This document shows, one piece after another, positions 16,551-23,795 of a stretch of 64,000 nucleotides of DNA. Made by a program: the position numbers and the translations under genes. The notes beneath the pieces were generated by a model that worked only from the letters and a program-made list of their open reading frames with translations, was not told the DNA's origin and searched no databases. The first letter of the stretch is position 1; the number at the start of each line of letters is the position of its first letter. The DNA comes from Candidatus Aquidulcis sp. (lineage in GTDB: Bacteria > Chloroflexota > Anaerolineae > UBA4142): assembly GCA_020723345.1 (NCBI GenBank), contig DYJA01000014.1, positions 9,293 through 73,292 of the forward strand, in the 5' to 3' direction.

Positions 16551-16592
16551 AAAACGTAAGGGCGCAATTGAATTGCGCCCTTACGTTTTTTT
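16550..16592. terminator. bidirectional Rho-independent terminator built on a GGGCGCAATT-family palindrome (copy 1)
   Basis: aaaaacgtaagggcgcaattgaattgcgcccttacgttttttt. An A-run and a T-run flank a 13-bp stem. Lies just after the GT39 stop. Confidence 0.8.
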
Positions 16593-16732
16593 CTACAACG
16601 CTTCAACCACCGCCGCGATCCCTTGTCCGCCACCGATGCACATCGATGCGATGCCGTACCGCTTGCCGCGTCGCCGCAATTCGTACAGCAGACGCAACGT
16701 CAGCCACTGTCTACGCGAATCACGGTGCGATA

Positions 16733-16775
16733 AAAAACGGAAGGGCGCAATTGAATTGCGCCCTTCCGTTTTTTT
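16733..16775. terminator. bidirectional Rho-independent terminator, GGGCGCAATT family (copy 2, next to the thiolase stop)
   Basis: aaaaacggaagggcgcaattgaattgcgcccttccgttttttt. Differs from copy 1 by a compensatory pair (T..A -> G..C). Confidence 0.8.
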
Positions 16776-17966
16776 CTACAACGCTTCAACCACCGCGGCA
16801 ATTCCTTGTCCGCCACCGATGCACATTGATGCGATGCCGTACCGCTTGCCGCGCCGCCGCAATTCGTACAGCAGACGCAGCGTGAGCCACGCGCCCGTCG
16901 CGCCGAGCGGATGACCGATCGCGATCGCGCCGCCGTTGACGTTGAATTTTTCCATGTCGATGCCGAGTTCCTTCACGCACGCGAGAACTTGCGCCGCGAA
17001 CGCTTCGTTGATCTCGATCAGATCCATTTGCTCGAGCGACAGTCCGGCTTTCTTCAGCGCGATTTTGATCGCGGGCACCGGACCAATCCCCATGATCTTC
17101 GGATCGACTCCGGCGACGCCCCACGATACCAATCGCCCCAACGGTTTCAAACCGCGCGCTTGCGCGTTCGCCAGCGTTGTGACGACAACCGCCGCCGCGC
17201 CATCGACGATCCCGGACGCGTTGCCTGCTGTGACTGTGCCCCCTTCTTTTTTGAATCGCGCCGGAAGCCGCGCCAATCCTTCGATTGTCGCGTCAGGACG
17301 GATCGCTTCATCCTTCGCGAACATCGTCACGTTCCCTTTGCGATCCTTCAGCGGCACCGGCACGATTTCGTCTTTCATTCGCCCGGCATCCCATGCCTGC
17401 TTCGCAAATTGCTGATCGCGCAGCGCGAAACGATCTTGCTCTTCGCGCGTGATGTGACACTGCTCCGCGAGGTTTTCCGCGGTGATCGCCATCGGCAAGC
17501 CGGTGTACGAATCGATCAGCGCGGTCCACAACATGTCTTCGAACGGCGCGCTCGCGCCAAAGCCGATGCCCCAGCGTGCGCCGCGGACGACGTGCGGCGC
17601 TTGGCTCATCGATTCGGTGCCGCCCGTCAGCACGAAATCGGCTTCGCCGCTAATGAGCATACGCGCGCCCATCACGATCGCTTCCTGCCCCGAGCCGCAC
17701 AAACGATTGACCGTTACCGCGGGCTTGTCAATCGGCACGCCGGATTTCAAGCCGACGTGACGCGCGAGATAAATCGCGTCCGGGCTTGTCTGCACGACGT
17801 TGCCCAAAACGGTGTGATCGATCCACGCCGGGTCCACTTGCGCGCGTTCGAGCGCGCCCTTTGCGGCAATCGCGCCGAGATCGGTCGCGCTCTGCTCTTT
17901 CAAACTTCCGCCGAACGCGCCAAACCCGGTTCGAACTCCTTCCAGTAAAACGATGTCAGTCGCCAT
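16776..17966 (-). CDS. acetyl-CoA C-acetyltransferase (thiolase II)
   Basis: 396 aa. NRLCGSGQEA (active-site Cys), GNASGIVDGAA, and C-terminal CIGGGQGIA signatures. Confidence 0.95.
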   Translation of the reverse strand: MATDIVLLEGVRTGFGAFGGSLKEQSATDLGAIAAKGALERAQVDPAWIDHTVLGNVVQTSPDAIYLARHVGLKSGVPIDKPAVTVNRLCGSGQEAIVMGARMLISGEADFVLTGGTESMSQAPHVVRGARWGIGFGASAPFEDMLWTALIDSYTGLPMAITAENLAEQCHITREEQDRFALRDQQFAKQAWDAGRMKDEIVPVPLKDRKGNVTMFAKDEAIRPDATIEGLARLPARFKKEGGTVTAGNASGIVDGAAAVVVTTLANAQARGLKPLGRLVSWGVAGVDPKIMGIGPVPAIKIALKKAGLSLEQMDLIEINEAFAAQVLACVKELGIDMEKFNVNGGAIAIGHPLGATGAWLTLRLLYELRRRGKRYGIASMCIGGGQGIAAVVEAL

Positions 17967-17993
17967 TGACTTTCTCCTTGTTCATTTATAGTC

Positions 17994-18032
17994 TGTCATT
18001 TCGAGGCGCGCTTTGTGCGCCGAGAAATCTCG
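17994..18032. repeat. GTCATTTCGAG...GAGAAATC family, half copy
   Basis: tgtcatttcgaggcgcgctttgtgcgccgagaaatctcg. Overlaps the 3' end of ORF 17996..18370. Confidence 0.75.
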
Positions 18033-18370
18033 TGTTGGCTAACTTTGTACGTCGCGCGCGATTCAGCGAGCGCGCGCGCCGGTCGCCGCGTTTTGCGTTT
18101 CTTCGCGTTGTCCCAAAGCCAAGTCATTGTGCCGGGGCGGAGGGGAATGACGTGAACGAGAATACCGGTCTTGAGTAAGATTTTCAAGACACGCGGGCTG
18201 GACATTTCGATGATATCGTCCATGTCTTTTTCCGGCGCGTAGGGATAAAGATAGATATCTTCCGGACCACCTTCAAAACCGGGACCTCTCTTTATTTCAA
18301 TCCCTGGGTATCGCTTCTGAATTTGTCGCTTGAGTTCGGCGATTGCCGGTTGCGCTTCTCTCAATCCCAT
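17996..18370 (-). CDS. hypothetical protein, possibly a degenerate minimal nucleotidyltransferase-like partner of the HEPN gene
   Basis: Overlaps the HEPN gene by 10 nt. Secondary-structure-like order helix-GPG-EDIYLY-helix resembles MNT but lacks the GS...DxD motif. The C-terminal ~12 codons read into a GTCATTTCGAG repeat, so the true end is uncertain. Confidence 0.45.
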   Translation of the reverse strand: MGLREAQPAIAELKRQIQKRYPGIEIKRGPGFEGGPEDIYLYPYAPEKDMDDIIEMSSPRVLKILLKTGILVHVIPLRPGTMTWLWDNAKKRKTRRPARALAESRATYKVSQHEISRRTKRASK

Positions 18371-18771
18371 TTTTTTCCTCCGCTTTGTCGTCGCACAATT
18401 CCAACAAGCATCTTTGCCTTATCCAACGCCCGTTTGACCCGTACATCATTCAACGGGATCGAAGAATAGTCGGCTTGCTGGCGCAGGAAAAGCAAGTCAA
18501 GCAAAGTTGAAGTCAACTCGGACGGGACACTCTTGCGTCGATGAATCAATTCGCGCGCGAATGCTGATTGAACGAAAGCATGGCTCGGAGTTTTGCCTCC
18601 TTCCACGGTCAAGACGCCCGCGTCAATCAACGCGGCGATTGCGGCGTGAAAGCACGCGTAGTACGCGCGATTCGCCGCGTTGTCGTAGCGTTGATTCGCG
18701 AATTCGCTTTCCGCGCCGCGCAAACTCTGTTCGGCTTTGACAAGCCACTCGCGTTGCTCTGGCACGATCAT
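18361..18771 (-). CDS. HEPN domain protein (UPF0332-like)
   Basis: AEQSLRGAESEFANQRYDNAANRAYYACFHAAIAAL...LRQQADY matches the HEPN helix pattern with the R-x-x-aDY motif. Confidence 0.8.
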   Translation of the reverse strand: MIVPEQREWLVKAEQSLRGAESEFANQRYDNAANRAYYACFHAAIAALIDAGVLTVEGGKTPSHAFVQSAFARELIHRRKSVPSELTSTLLDLLFLRQQADYSSIPLNDVRVKRALDKAKMLVGIVRRQSGGKKWD

Positions 18772-18773
18772 TT

Positions 18774-19193
18774 CTATTCACCGATGATTTTGATCAACAC
18801 GCGCTTGCGTCGGCGTCCATCGAATTCGCCGTAAAAGATTTGCTCCCAAGGTCCAAAATCCAACTTGCCGTTTGTAATCGCGACAACAACTTCGCGACCC
18901 ATGATCGTGCGTTTCAGGTGCGCGTCCGCGTTGTCTTCGCCGGTGTTGTTGTGCGCGTACTGCGAAATCGGCTCGTGCGGCGCGAGTTTCTCCAGCCAGC
19001 GATCAAAGTCGCGATGCAAGCCGGATTCGTCGTCGTTGATAAAGACGCTGGCGGTGATGTGCATTGCGTTACACAAAAGGAGCCCGTCGCGCACGCCGCT
19101 CTTGCGAACAAGTTCTTCGACCTGCGGTGTGATGTTGACCATCGCGCGCTCGGTCGGCGTGTTCATCCACAGATATTCGGTGAGCGATTTCAT
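18774..19193 (-). CDS. YjbQ/UPF0047 family protein (secondary thiamine-phosphate synthase enzyme)
   Basis: [27 protein letters not shown]...[12 protein letters not shown]...[13 protein letters not shown] is the typical YjbQ pattern. Confidence 0.9.
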   Translation of the reverse strand: MKSLTEYLWMNTPTERAMVNITPQVEELVRKSGVRDGLLLCNAMHITASVFINDDESGLHRDFDRWLEKLAPHEPISQYAHNNTGEDNADAHLKRTIMGREVVVAITNGKLDFGPWEQIFYGEFDGRRRKRVLIKIIGE

Positions 19194-19525
19194 CGCTTGT
19201 ATTCCTCTGGGATCCGGATACCGAAACGCTTTTTTACGTCGGCTTTTTTCTCTGCTTCAACCATCGTTTGCCCGCCGCGAAATTCTTCGGCAAGGTACGT
19301 GTACACTGGCTTGGGATTTCGCTGCGCCAATTCTTCGATGGCGCGAATCAACGCAGGTGGATCGGCGCGCACCAACACCTCACTCAGGATGAGATCGGGC
19401 GTGAGGCGCAACAAGAGTTCGACATAGCGGTCGAATTCCAAAGATACGTCGAGAATAGATTCGATCACGGGTTTGAACGCCGTGACTTGCTCATAGACTT
19501 TGTCGGAAATTTCAATTTTCGCCAT
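19190..19525 (-). CDS. hypothetical protein
   Basis: Trimmed to [14 protein letters not shown]... ATGA overlap with the yjbQ start. No family recognised. Confidence 0.55.
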   Translation of the reverse strand: MAKIEISDKVYEQVTAFKPVIESILDVSLEFDRYVELLLRLTPDLILSEVLVRADPPALIRAIEELAQRNPKPVYTYLAEEFRGGQTMVEAEKKADVKKRFGIRIPEEYKR

Positions 19526-19584
19526 GCGATAACCTCTTCGAATGTATCGTGCTGCTTTCAATTATACCGCGTTTCCCGAAAATA

Positions 19585-19617
19585 AGAAACCCGTTTTCGC
19601 AAGGAAAACGGGTTTCT
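19585..19617 (-). terminator. Rho-independent terminator after glnA
   Basis: agaaacccgttttc gcaag gaaaacgggtttct. The minus-strand reading is followed by TTATTTTC. Confidence 0.8.
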
Positions 19618-19622
19618 GGTCA

Positions 19623-20966
19623 CTAGACAACTTCAAAATACCGGGTGCGTTCCCACGGCGTCACTTGCAAACGATAATCGTCCCACTCGCGACGCTTGGC
19701 GCGGACGAATCCTTTGTAGGCGTGTTCGCCGAGCGCGCCGCACACCACCGAATCGTGTTCCAATTCTTGCAGCGCTTCGTCGAGCGAGCCGGGCAGCACG
19801 CCGATGCTGCGTTCGCGCAACGCCTCTTCGGTCAATTCGTACGCGCTCTCTTCGATGGGCGGCGGCGCTTTCAATTTGCGCTCGACGCCGTCAAGCCCGG
19901 CGGCGAGCATCACCGCGAGCACAAGGTACGGATTGCTGCTCGGATCGGGGCAGCGCAATTCCATGCGCGTCGATTTCTCGCGACCTTTGGAATAGCGCGG
20001 AATCCGCATTAACGCCGAGCGATTGATCTGTCCCCAGCAAACATAGACGGGCGCTTCAAAGCCCGGCACCAAGCGTTTGTACGAGTTGACCGTCGGCGCG
20101 ACAATCGCGGCGAGTCCGCGCGCGTGCGCGAGTTGTCCAGCCAAAAAGTTGTACGCGAGCGGCGACAGATGATAGTCGTCTTTTGGATCGTAGAATAAAT
20201 TCGTCTCGCCTTTCGAATCGAACAAACTCTGGTGCGTGTGCATACCGCTGCCGTTGATTCCGGCAATCGGCTTGGGCATGAAGGTCGCGTACAAATCGTG
20301 CGACTGCGCGACGGCTTTGACCGTGTACTTAAAAGTCATCAGCGCGTCCGCGCTCGTCAACGCGTCGGCGTAGCGGAAATTGATCTCGTGCTGACCGATC
20401 GCGACTTCATGATGCCCGCGCTCCACTTCGATCCCCAACGCTTCGAGCGCGAGGATGATGTCTTGCCGGACTTCGGACGCCAGATCGCGCGGCGAAAAAT
20501 CGAAATAACCGGCGACATCGTGCGGGACGGGTTCCGCACCATCTTGGCGGCGAAAGAGGAAAAACTCCGGCTCGGAACTGGTCGTGTAACGAAAACCCAT
20601 CGCTTCGGCGCGCTTGATTTGTCGCTTGAGCACGCCGCGCGGATCGCCGCCGAACGGCTCGCCATCCGGCGTGTACGCGTCGCAAATGATGCGCGCGAGC
20701 CGATGATCGCCTTCCGTCCACGGCAGCACGCGATACGTGCTCACGTCGGGCAGCATGAACATGTCGCTTTCGTAGATGCGCGTAAAACCCTGCACCGACG
20801 AGCCGTCGAACCAAATGCCGTGTTCGAGCGTTTCCGCGAGTTTGTTGAGCGGAATCGTGATGTTTTTGATCGCGCCGACCACATCCGTCAATTGCAGACT
20901 GACGAACTGCACACCGTCGGCTTTCGCCTGCTCCAAGACATGCTTTTGCGAATCGTTGAGAGACAT
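19623..20966 (-). CDS. glnA: glutamine synthetase, type I
   Basis: 447 aa. N-terminal beta-grasp (VQFVSLQLTDVVGAIKNITIP) and catalytic region (GSGMHTHQSL, NPYL). Confidence 0.95.
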   Translation of the reverse strand: MSLNDSQKHVLEQAKADGVQFVSLQLTDVVGAIKNITIPLNKLAETLEHGIWFDGSSVQGFTRIYESDMFMLPDVSTYRVLPWTEGDHRLARIICDAYTPDGEPFGGDPRGVLKRQIKRAEAMGFRYTTSSEPEFFLFRRQDGAEPVPHDVAGYFDFSPRDLASEVRQDIILALEALGIEVERGHHEVAIGQHEINFRYADALTSADALMTFKYTVKAVAQSHDLYATFMPKPIAGINGSGMHTHQSLFDSKGETNLFYDPKDDYHLSPLAYNFLAGQLAHARGLAAIVAPTVNSYKRLVPGFEAPVYVCWGQINRSALMRIPRYSKGREKSTRMELRCPDPSSNPYLVLAVMLAAGLDGVERKLKAPPPIEESAYELTEEALRERSIGVLPGSLDEALQELEHDSVVCGALGEHAYKGFVRAKRREWDDYRLQVTPWERTRYFEVV

Positions 20967-21119
20967 TTTTCCTCCTGAAAAGTGATTTGAGATTCGATGC
21001 CTCGCGGCATCCGCATCACACGTCGCGGTGTGAAAAAAAACCAGAAGGAGCGAAGACGCCCTCTCTGGCTTTCAGATGGATTTTACTCAAGTCCGATTCG
21101 ATGTCAAATTTCTACCAAT

Positions 21120-21148
21120 TTGACGCGCGATACCAGATATGGTATCAT
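21120..21148 (+). promoter_or_regulatory. sigma-70-type promoter giving a leaderless hicA mRNA
   Basis: TTGACG (21120-21125), 17-nt spacer, TATCAT (21143-21148), then 6 nt to ATG 21155. No SD is possible. Confidence 0.6.
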
Positions 21149-21154
21149 CTCAAC

Positions 21155-21406
21155 ATGGCGCGGCAAGACAAACTCAGAGACAAGATCGCGCAAAATCCAA
21201 AACATGTGCGTTTTACCGATCTCGACAGACTGCTGCGGGATTACGGCTTTGCCGTCCGTCAGCCGCGCGGCGGATCCAGTCATTACGTTTACACACGCGG
21301 CGCAATCCGCATCACTGTGCCCTATCATCGCCCACACGTCAAGGAACACTATGTGCGTGAGGTTTTGAAACTGCTCGTAGGAGTGAACGATGAAAAAAAA
21401 TCTTGA
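21155..21406 (+). CDS. hicA: HicA-family toxin (YcfA-like mRNA interferase)
   Basis: MARQDKLRDKIAQNPKHVRFTDLDRLLRDYGFAVRQPRGGSSHYVYTRG...: pattern recalled as typical of HicA/YcfA-family toxins (from memory, not searched). The ATG sits 6 nt after a -10 box (leaderless, see promoter). Confidence 0.85.
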   Translation: MARQDKLRDKIAQNPKHVRFTDLDRLLRDYGFAVRQPRGGSSHYVYTRGAIRITVPYHRPHVKEHYVREVLKLLVGVNDEKKS

Positions 21407-21806
21407 ATACTATCTCAACCTTGACTATACCGTTCAACTCAAACGCAACGCCGATAACACATGGTTTGCCAAGATTGTGGAATTGCCGGGGTGCATGACG
21501 GAAGGCGACACGCCAGAACAAGCGCTCAAAATGATCCGGGACGCGGAGCGCGCGTGGCTCAAGAGCGCGCTTGCCGATCGCGCGCCAATTCCGGAGCCGC
21601 GTCCTCAAACAGAAGAGTTGAGCGGGCGTTTCCTGGTGCGCGTGCCGCGTTCACTGCATCACGCGTTGGTCGAGCGCGCCCGGCAAGAGAACGTCAGCTT
21701 AAATCAACTTATCAACGTGACCCTATCGCGTGCGCTCCCGGTTGTCTCGGCACGCAACGCGTTGGCAACTCCGCAACGTGCGGCGAAGACGACCGCCCGC
21801 CGTTGA
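21390..21806 (+). CDS. hicB: HicB-family antitoxin with C-terminal RHH-like DNA-binding region
   Basis: NLDYTVQLKRNADNTWFAKIVELPGCMTEGDTPEQALKMIRDAERAWL... is the HicB RNase-H-like fold. It is followed by GRFLVRVPRSLHHALVERA (RHH). Overlaps hicA by 17 nt. Confidence 0.85.
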   Translation: MKKNLEYYLNLDYTVQLKRNADNTWFAKIVELPGCMTEGDTPEQALKMIRDAERAWLKSALADRAPIPEPRPQTEELSGRFLVRVPRSLHHALVERARQENVSLNQLINVTLSRALPVVSARNALATPQRAAKTTARR

Positions 21807-21807
21807 T

Positions 21808-22431
21808 CTACCTCCGCCGTCTCAATCCGAGCAATCCGATCACGACGCCCGCCGCGATCCCAAAGACGAGCGCGGCGCGCCGATCGAACATGACGCGGAT
21901 GTTGCCGCGTACCTCTCGCGCGATGAGAAAAACCGCGCCGCCGTTTTCGATTTCGATGCGCGGCGCCGCCATCACCAGCGCGCCGCCTTGTTGAACCTGA
22001 ATCGATTCGCGCGCGAGCATCCACTGCGCGCCGCCCGCCTTGACGTTGATCTTCGTCCCCATGATCGCCAGCGCGCCGCCCGATTCAAGTTCGACATTCT
22101 CGGCTTGCGCGATCAAGACGCCGCCTTGCTCCACCTGAATCTCTTCCGCTTCGGCGTTGAGAATGCCACCTTGCTTGACGTTCACCAATGTCGCGCTCGC
22201 TTGCAACACGCCGCCTTGATTGAGCGTGAACGTCTTGGCGTCAATCGTGTTTGCGCCGCCTTGCGTCAGCGTGACCGTTTCCGCTTTGATGTCGCGCGCG
22301 CCGCCGGATCGAATCACCACCTCGCGCGCGGACACATCGTTGACGCCTTCATTTTGCAGTTCGACGCGCGCGCGCGCGAATTCGGTCGGTTGTTTTTTTC
22401 GGCGCGGCGCGCGCTTTTTGGGTTCAGCCAT
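21808..22431 (-). CDS. tail-anchored repeat protein with nine GG-centred 16-residue repeats (beta-solenoid-like)
   Basis: 207 aa. Basic N-terminus, repeats such as VTLTQGGANTIDAKTF / TLNQGGVLQASATLVN / VKQGGILNAEAEEIQ..., and a C-terminal TM helix ALVFGIAAGVVIGLLGLRRRR. Confidence 0.7.
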   Translation of the reverse strand: MAEPKKRAPRRKKQPTEFARARVELQNEGVNDVSAREVVIRSGGARDIKAETVTLTQGGANTIDAKTFTLNQGGVLQASATLVNVKQGGILNAEAEEIQVEQGGVLIAQAENVELESGGALAIMGTKINVKAGGAQWMLARESIQVQQGGALVMAAPRIEIENGGAVFLIAREVRGNIRVMFDRRAALVFGIAAGVVIGLLGLRRRR

Positions 22432-22442
22432 GTTTCCCTCCA

Positions 22443-22500
22443 GCAGTATTCAGTGTTCAGTATCCGGTTTTCAGACTGAACACTGAATACTGAATACTGC
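22443..22500. repeat. heptamer-array hairpin (same TTCAGTR / YACTGAA family as 7057 and 44688)
   Basis: gcagtattcagtgttcagtat...actgaacactgaatactgaatactgc. Lies between the M16 stop and the repeat-protein start. Confidence 0.9.
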
Positions 22501-23784
22501 CTACTGTTCGCTGTTCACCGGTCCCGCAATCGCCAGCGCGTAATGCTCCGCCTGCGCGTACTTGCGCGTGGCGGCAAGAATCTGCTCCGGCGTGATCGCG
22601 CGAATGATATTGGGGTATCGCTGCAAATAATCCAACCCCAGACCGAAGAGTTCAATCTCGCCCAGAGTTCCAGCGACGCCATCGTTCGTTTCCAGGCGCA
22701 GCGCGAGCGAACCGGTGATGAAATCGCGCGCCTCGTTGAATTCGTCTTGGGTAACTGGCGCGGAGGCGAGTCGCCTGATTTCGGCGACAACGCCGTCAAT
22801 CGCGCGCTCGACATTCTTGGGATTGACGCCCGCGCGCACGCTCCAGGGTCCCGCGCCCAGCCCCGCCTCGATTCCGCTCATCACATAGTACGCCAACCCT
22901 TGTTGATCGCGCACGCTCGCGCCCAGTCGCCCGAACAAACCCAAGCGTCCAAAAATCAAATCGCCGACCGACAACGCGTAATAGTCTGGATCATTACGGC
23001 GCAAACCGGGAAAACCCAGCACGATGTCTGCCTGAGTCTTGCCGTCCAGCGGCATAATCTTGCGCGTGATTCCATCAAGCGGAGACGGATCCGGAATGAC
23101 GTACGGCTCCGGCTTGCCGCGCGCGCGCCATTTGCCGAACGCGCGCTCGATCTTGGCGATAGCTTGTTCTGCGCGCACATCACCAACCACGACGATGGTC
23201 GTGACGTCCGGGCGAAAATAGCGCGCGTGAAAAGCGCGCAGTTGATCGAACGTCATCCGCTTGACGGTCGCGGGAGTGCCGTCGGACAAACGATGGTACG
23301 GATGCGTCACCGGATAACACAATTTGCGAAACTCGCGATACGCGACGTGCTGGGTATCTTGATCGGCTTCCTTGAGATCGGCGAGAATTTCCGCGCGCAG
23401 TTTTTCGGTCTCGGCACGCGGGAAAACCGGATGGATCACCACGTCCGCCGCTACATCGAGGAGGCGATCAAAATCCTCAACGAGCGATTTGCCGCTAAAG
23501 CCAATCGTCTCGGTGCCCGCGCCAATGCCGAACGACATTCCAAAGCGGTCGAGTTCTTCGTTCAATTTTTGAAACGTGCGCTTGCGCGTGCCGCGTTGCA
23601 GCGCCGCCGTCGCAAAGTGCGCGAGACCGTTCACCTTGGCAGAATCGAACAAGCCGCCCGCGCGCATTCGTCCGCGCAACGTGATCGAAGGATTGTTCGG
23701 ATTATCTTTGACCAGCACGGTCAATCCGTTATCGAGCGTAACGCGCGTGACGGTTTCGGGAGTAATCGGCAGCGTCGTATTCAT
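22501..23784 (-). CDS. M16-family peptidase subunit (no HxxEH seen; beta-like)
   Basis: 427 aa with M16 N- and C-domains. Adjacent to the HxxEH-bearing paralogue. Confidence 0.85.
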   Translation of the reverse strand: MNTTLPITPETVTRVTLDNGLTVLVKDNPNNPSITLRGRMRAGGLFDSAKVNGLAHFATAALQRGTRKRTFQKLNEELDRFGMSFGIGAGTETIGFSGKSLVEDFDRLLDVAADVVIHPVFPRAETEKLRAEILADLKEADQDTQHVAYREFRKLCYPVTHPYHRLSDGTPATVKRMTFDQLRAFHARYFRPDVTTIVVVGDVRAEQAIAKIERAFGKWRARGKPEPYVIPDPSPLDGITRKIMPLDGKTQADIVLGFPGLRRNDPDYYALSVGDLIFGRLGLFGRLGASVRDQQGLAYYVMSGIEAGLGAGPWSVRAGVNPKNVERAIDGVVAEIRRLASAPVTQDEFNEARDFITGSLALRLETNDGVAGTLGEIELFGLGLDYLQRYPNIIRAITPEQILAATRKYAQAEHYALAIAGPVNSEQ

Positions 23785-23795
23785 GAGCGGCTCCT

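Larger units (their letters stand above)
16525..16890. repeat. 183-bp tandem duplication (16525-16707 and 16708-16890), 9 differences
   Basis: Each copy contains the last 26 nt of the GT39 gene, the terminator palindrome and the last 38 codons plus stop of the thiolase gene. Aligned by eye base by base. Confidence 0.95.

Noticed and set aside
16444-16914. 156-aa ORF with an internally duplicated peptide
   Set aside because: It is produced by reading across the 183-bp tandem duplication and the terminators. It is not a gene.
20967-21154. Possible glutamine riboswitch or other leader upstream of glnA
   Set aside because: There are only small generic hairpins (gatgcctcgcggcatc and cacacgtcgcggtgtg). 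There is no resemblance to the glnA RNA motif as I remember it. A cmscan would be needed.
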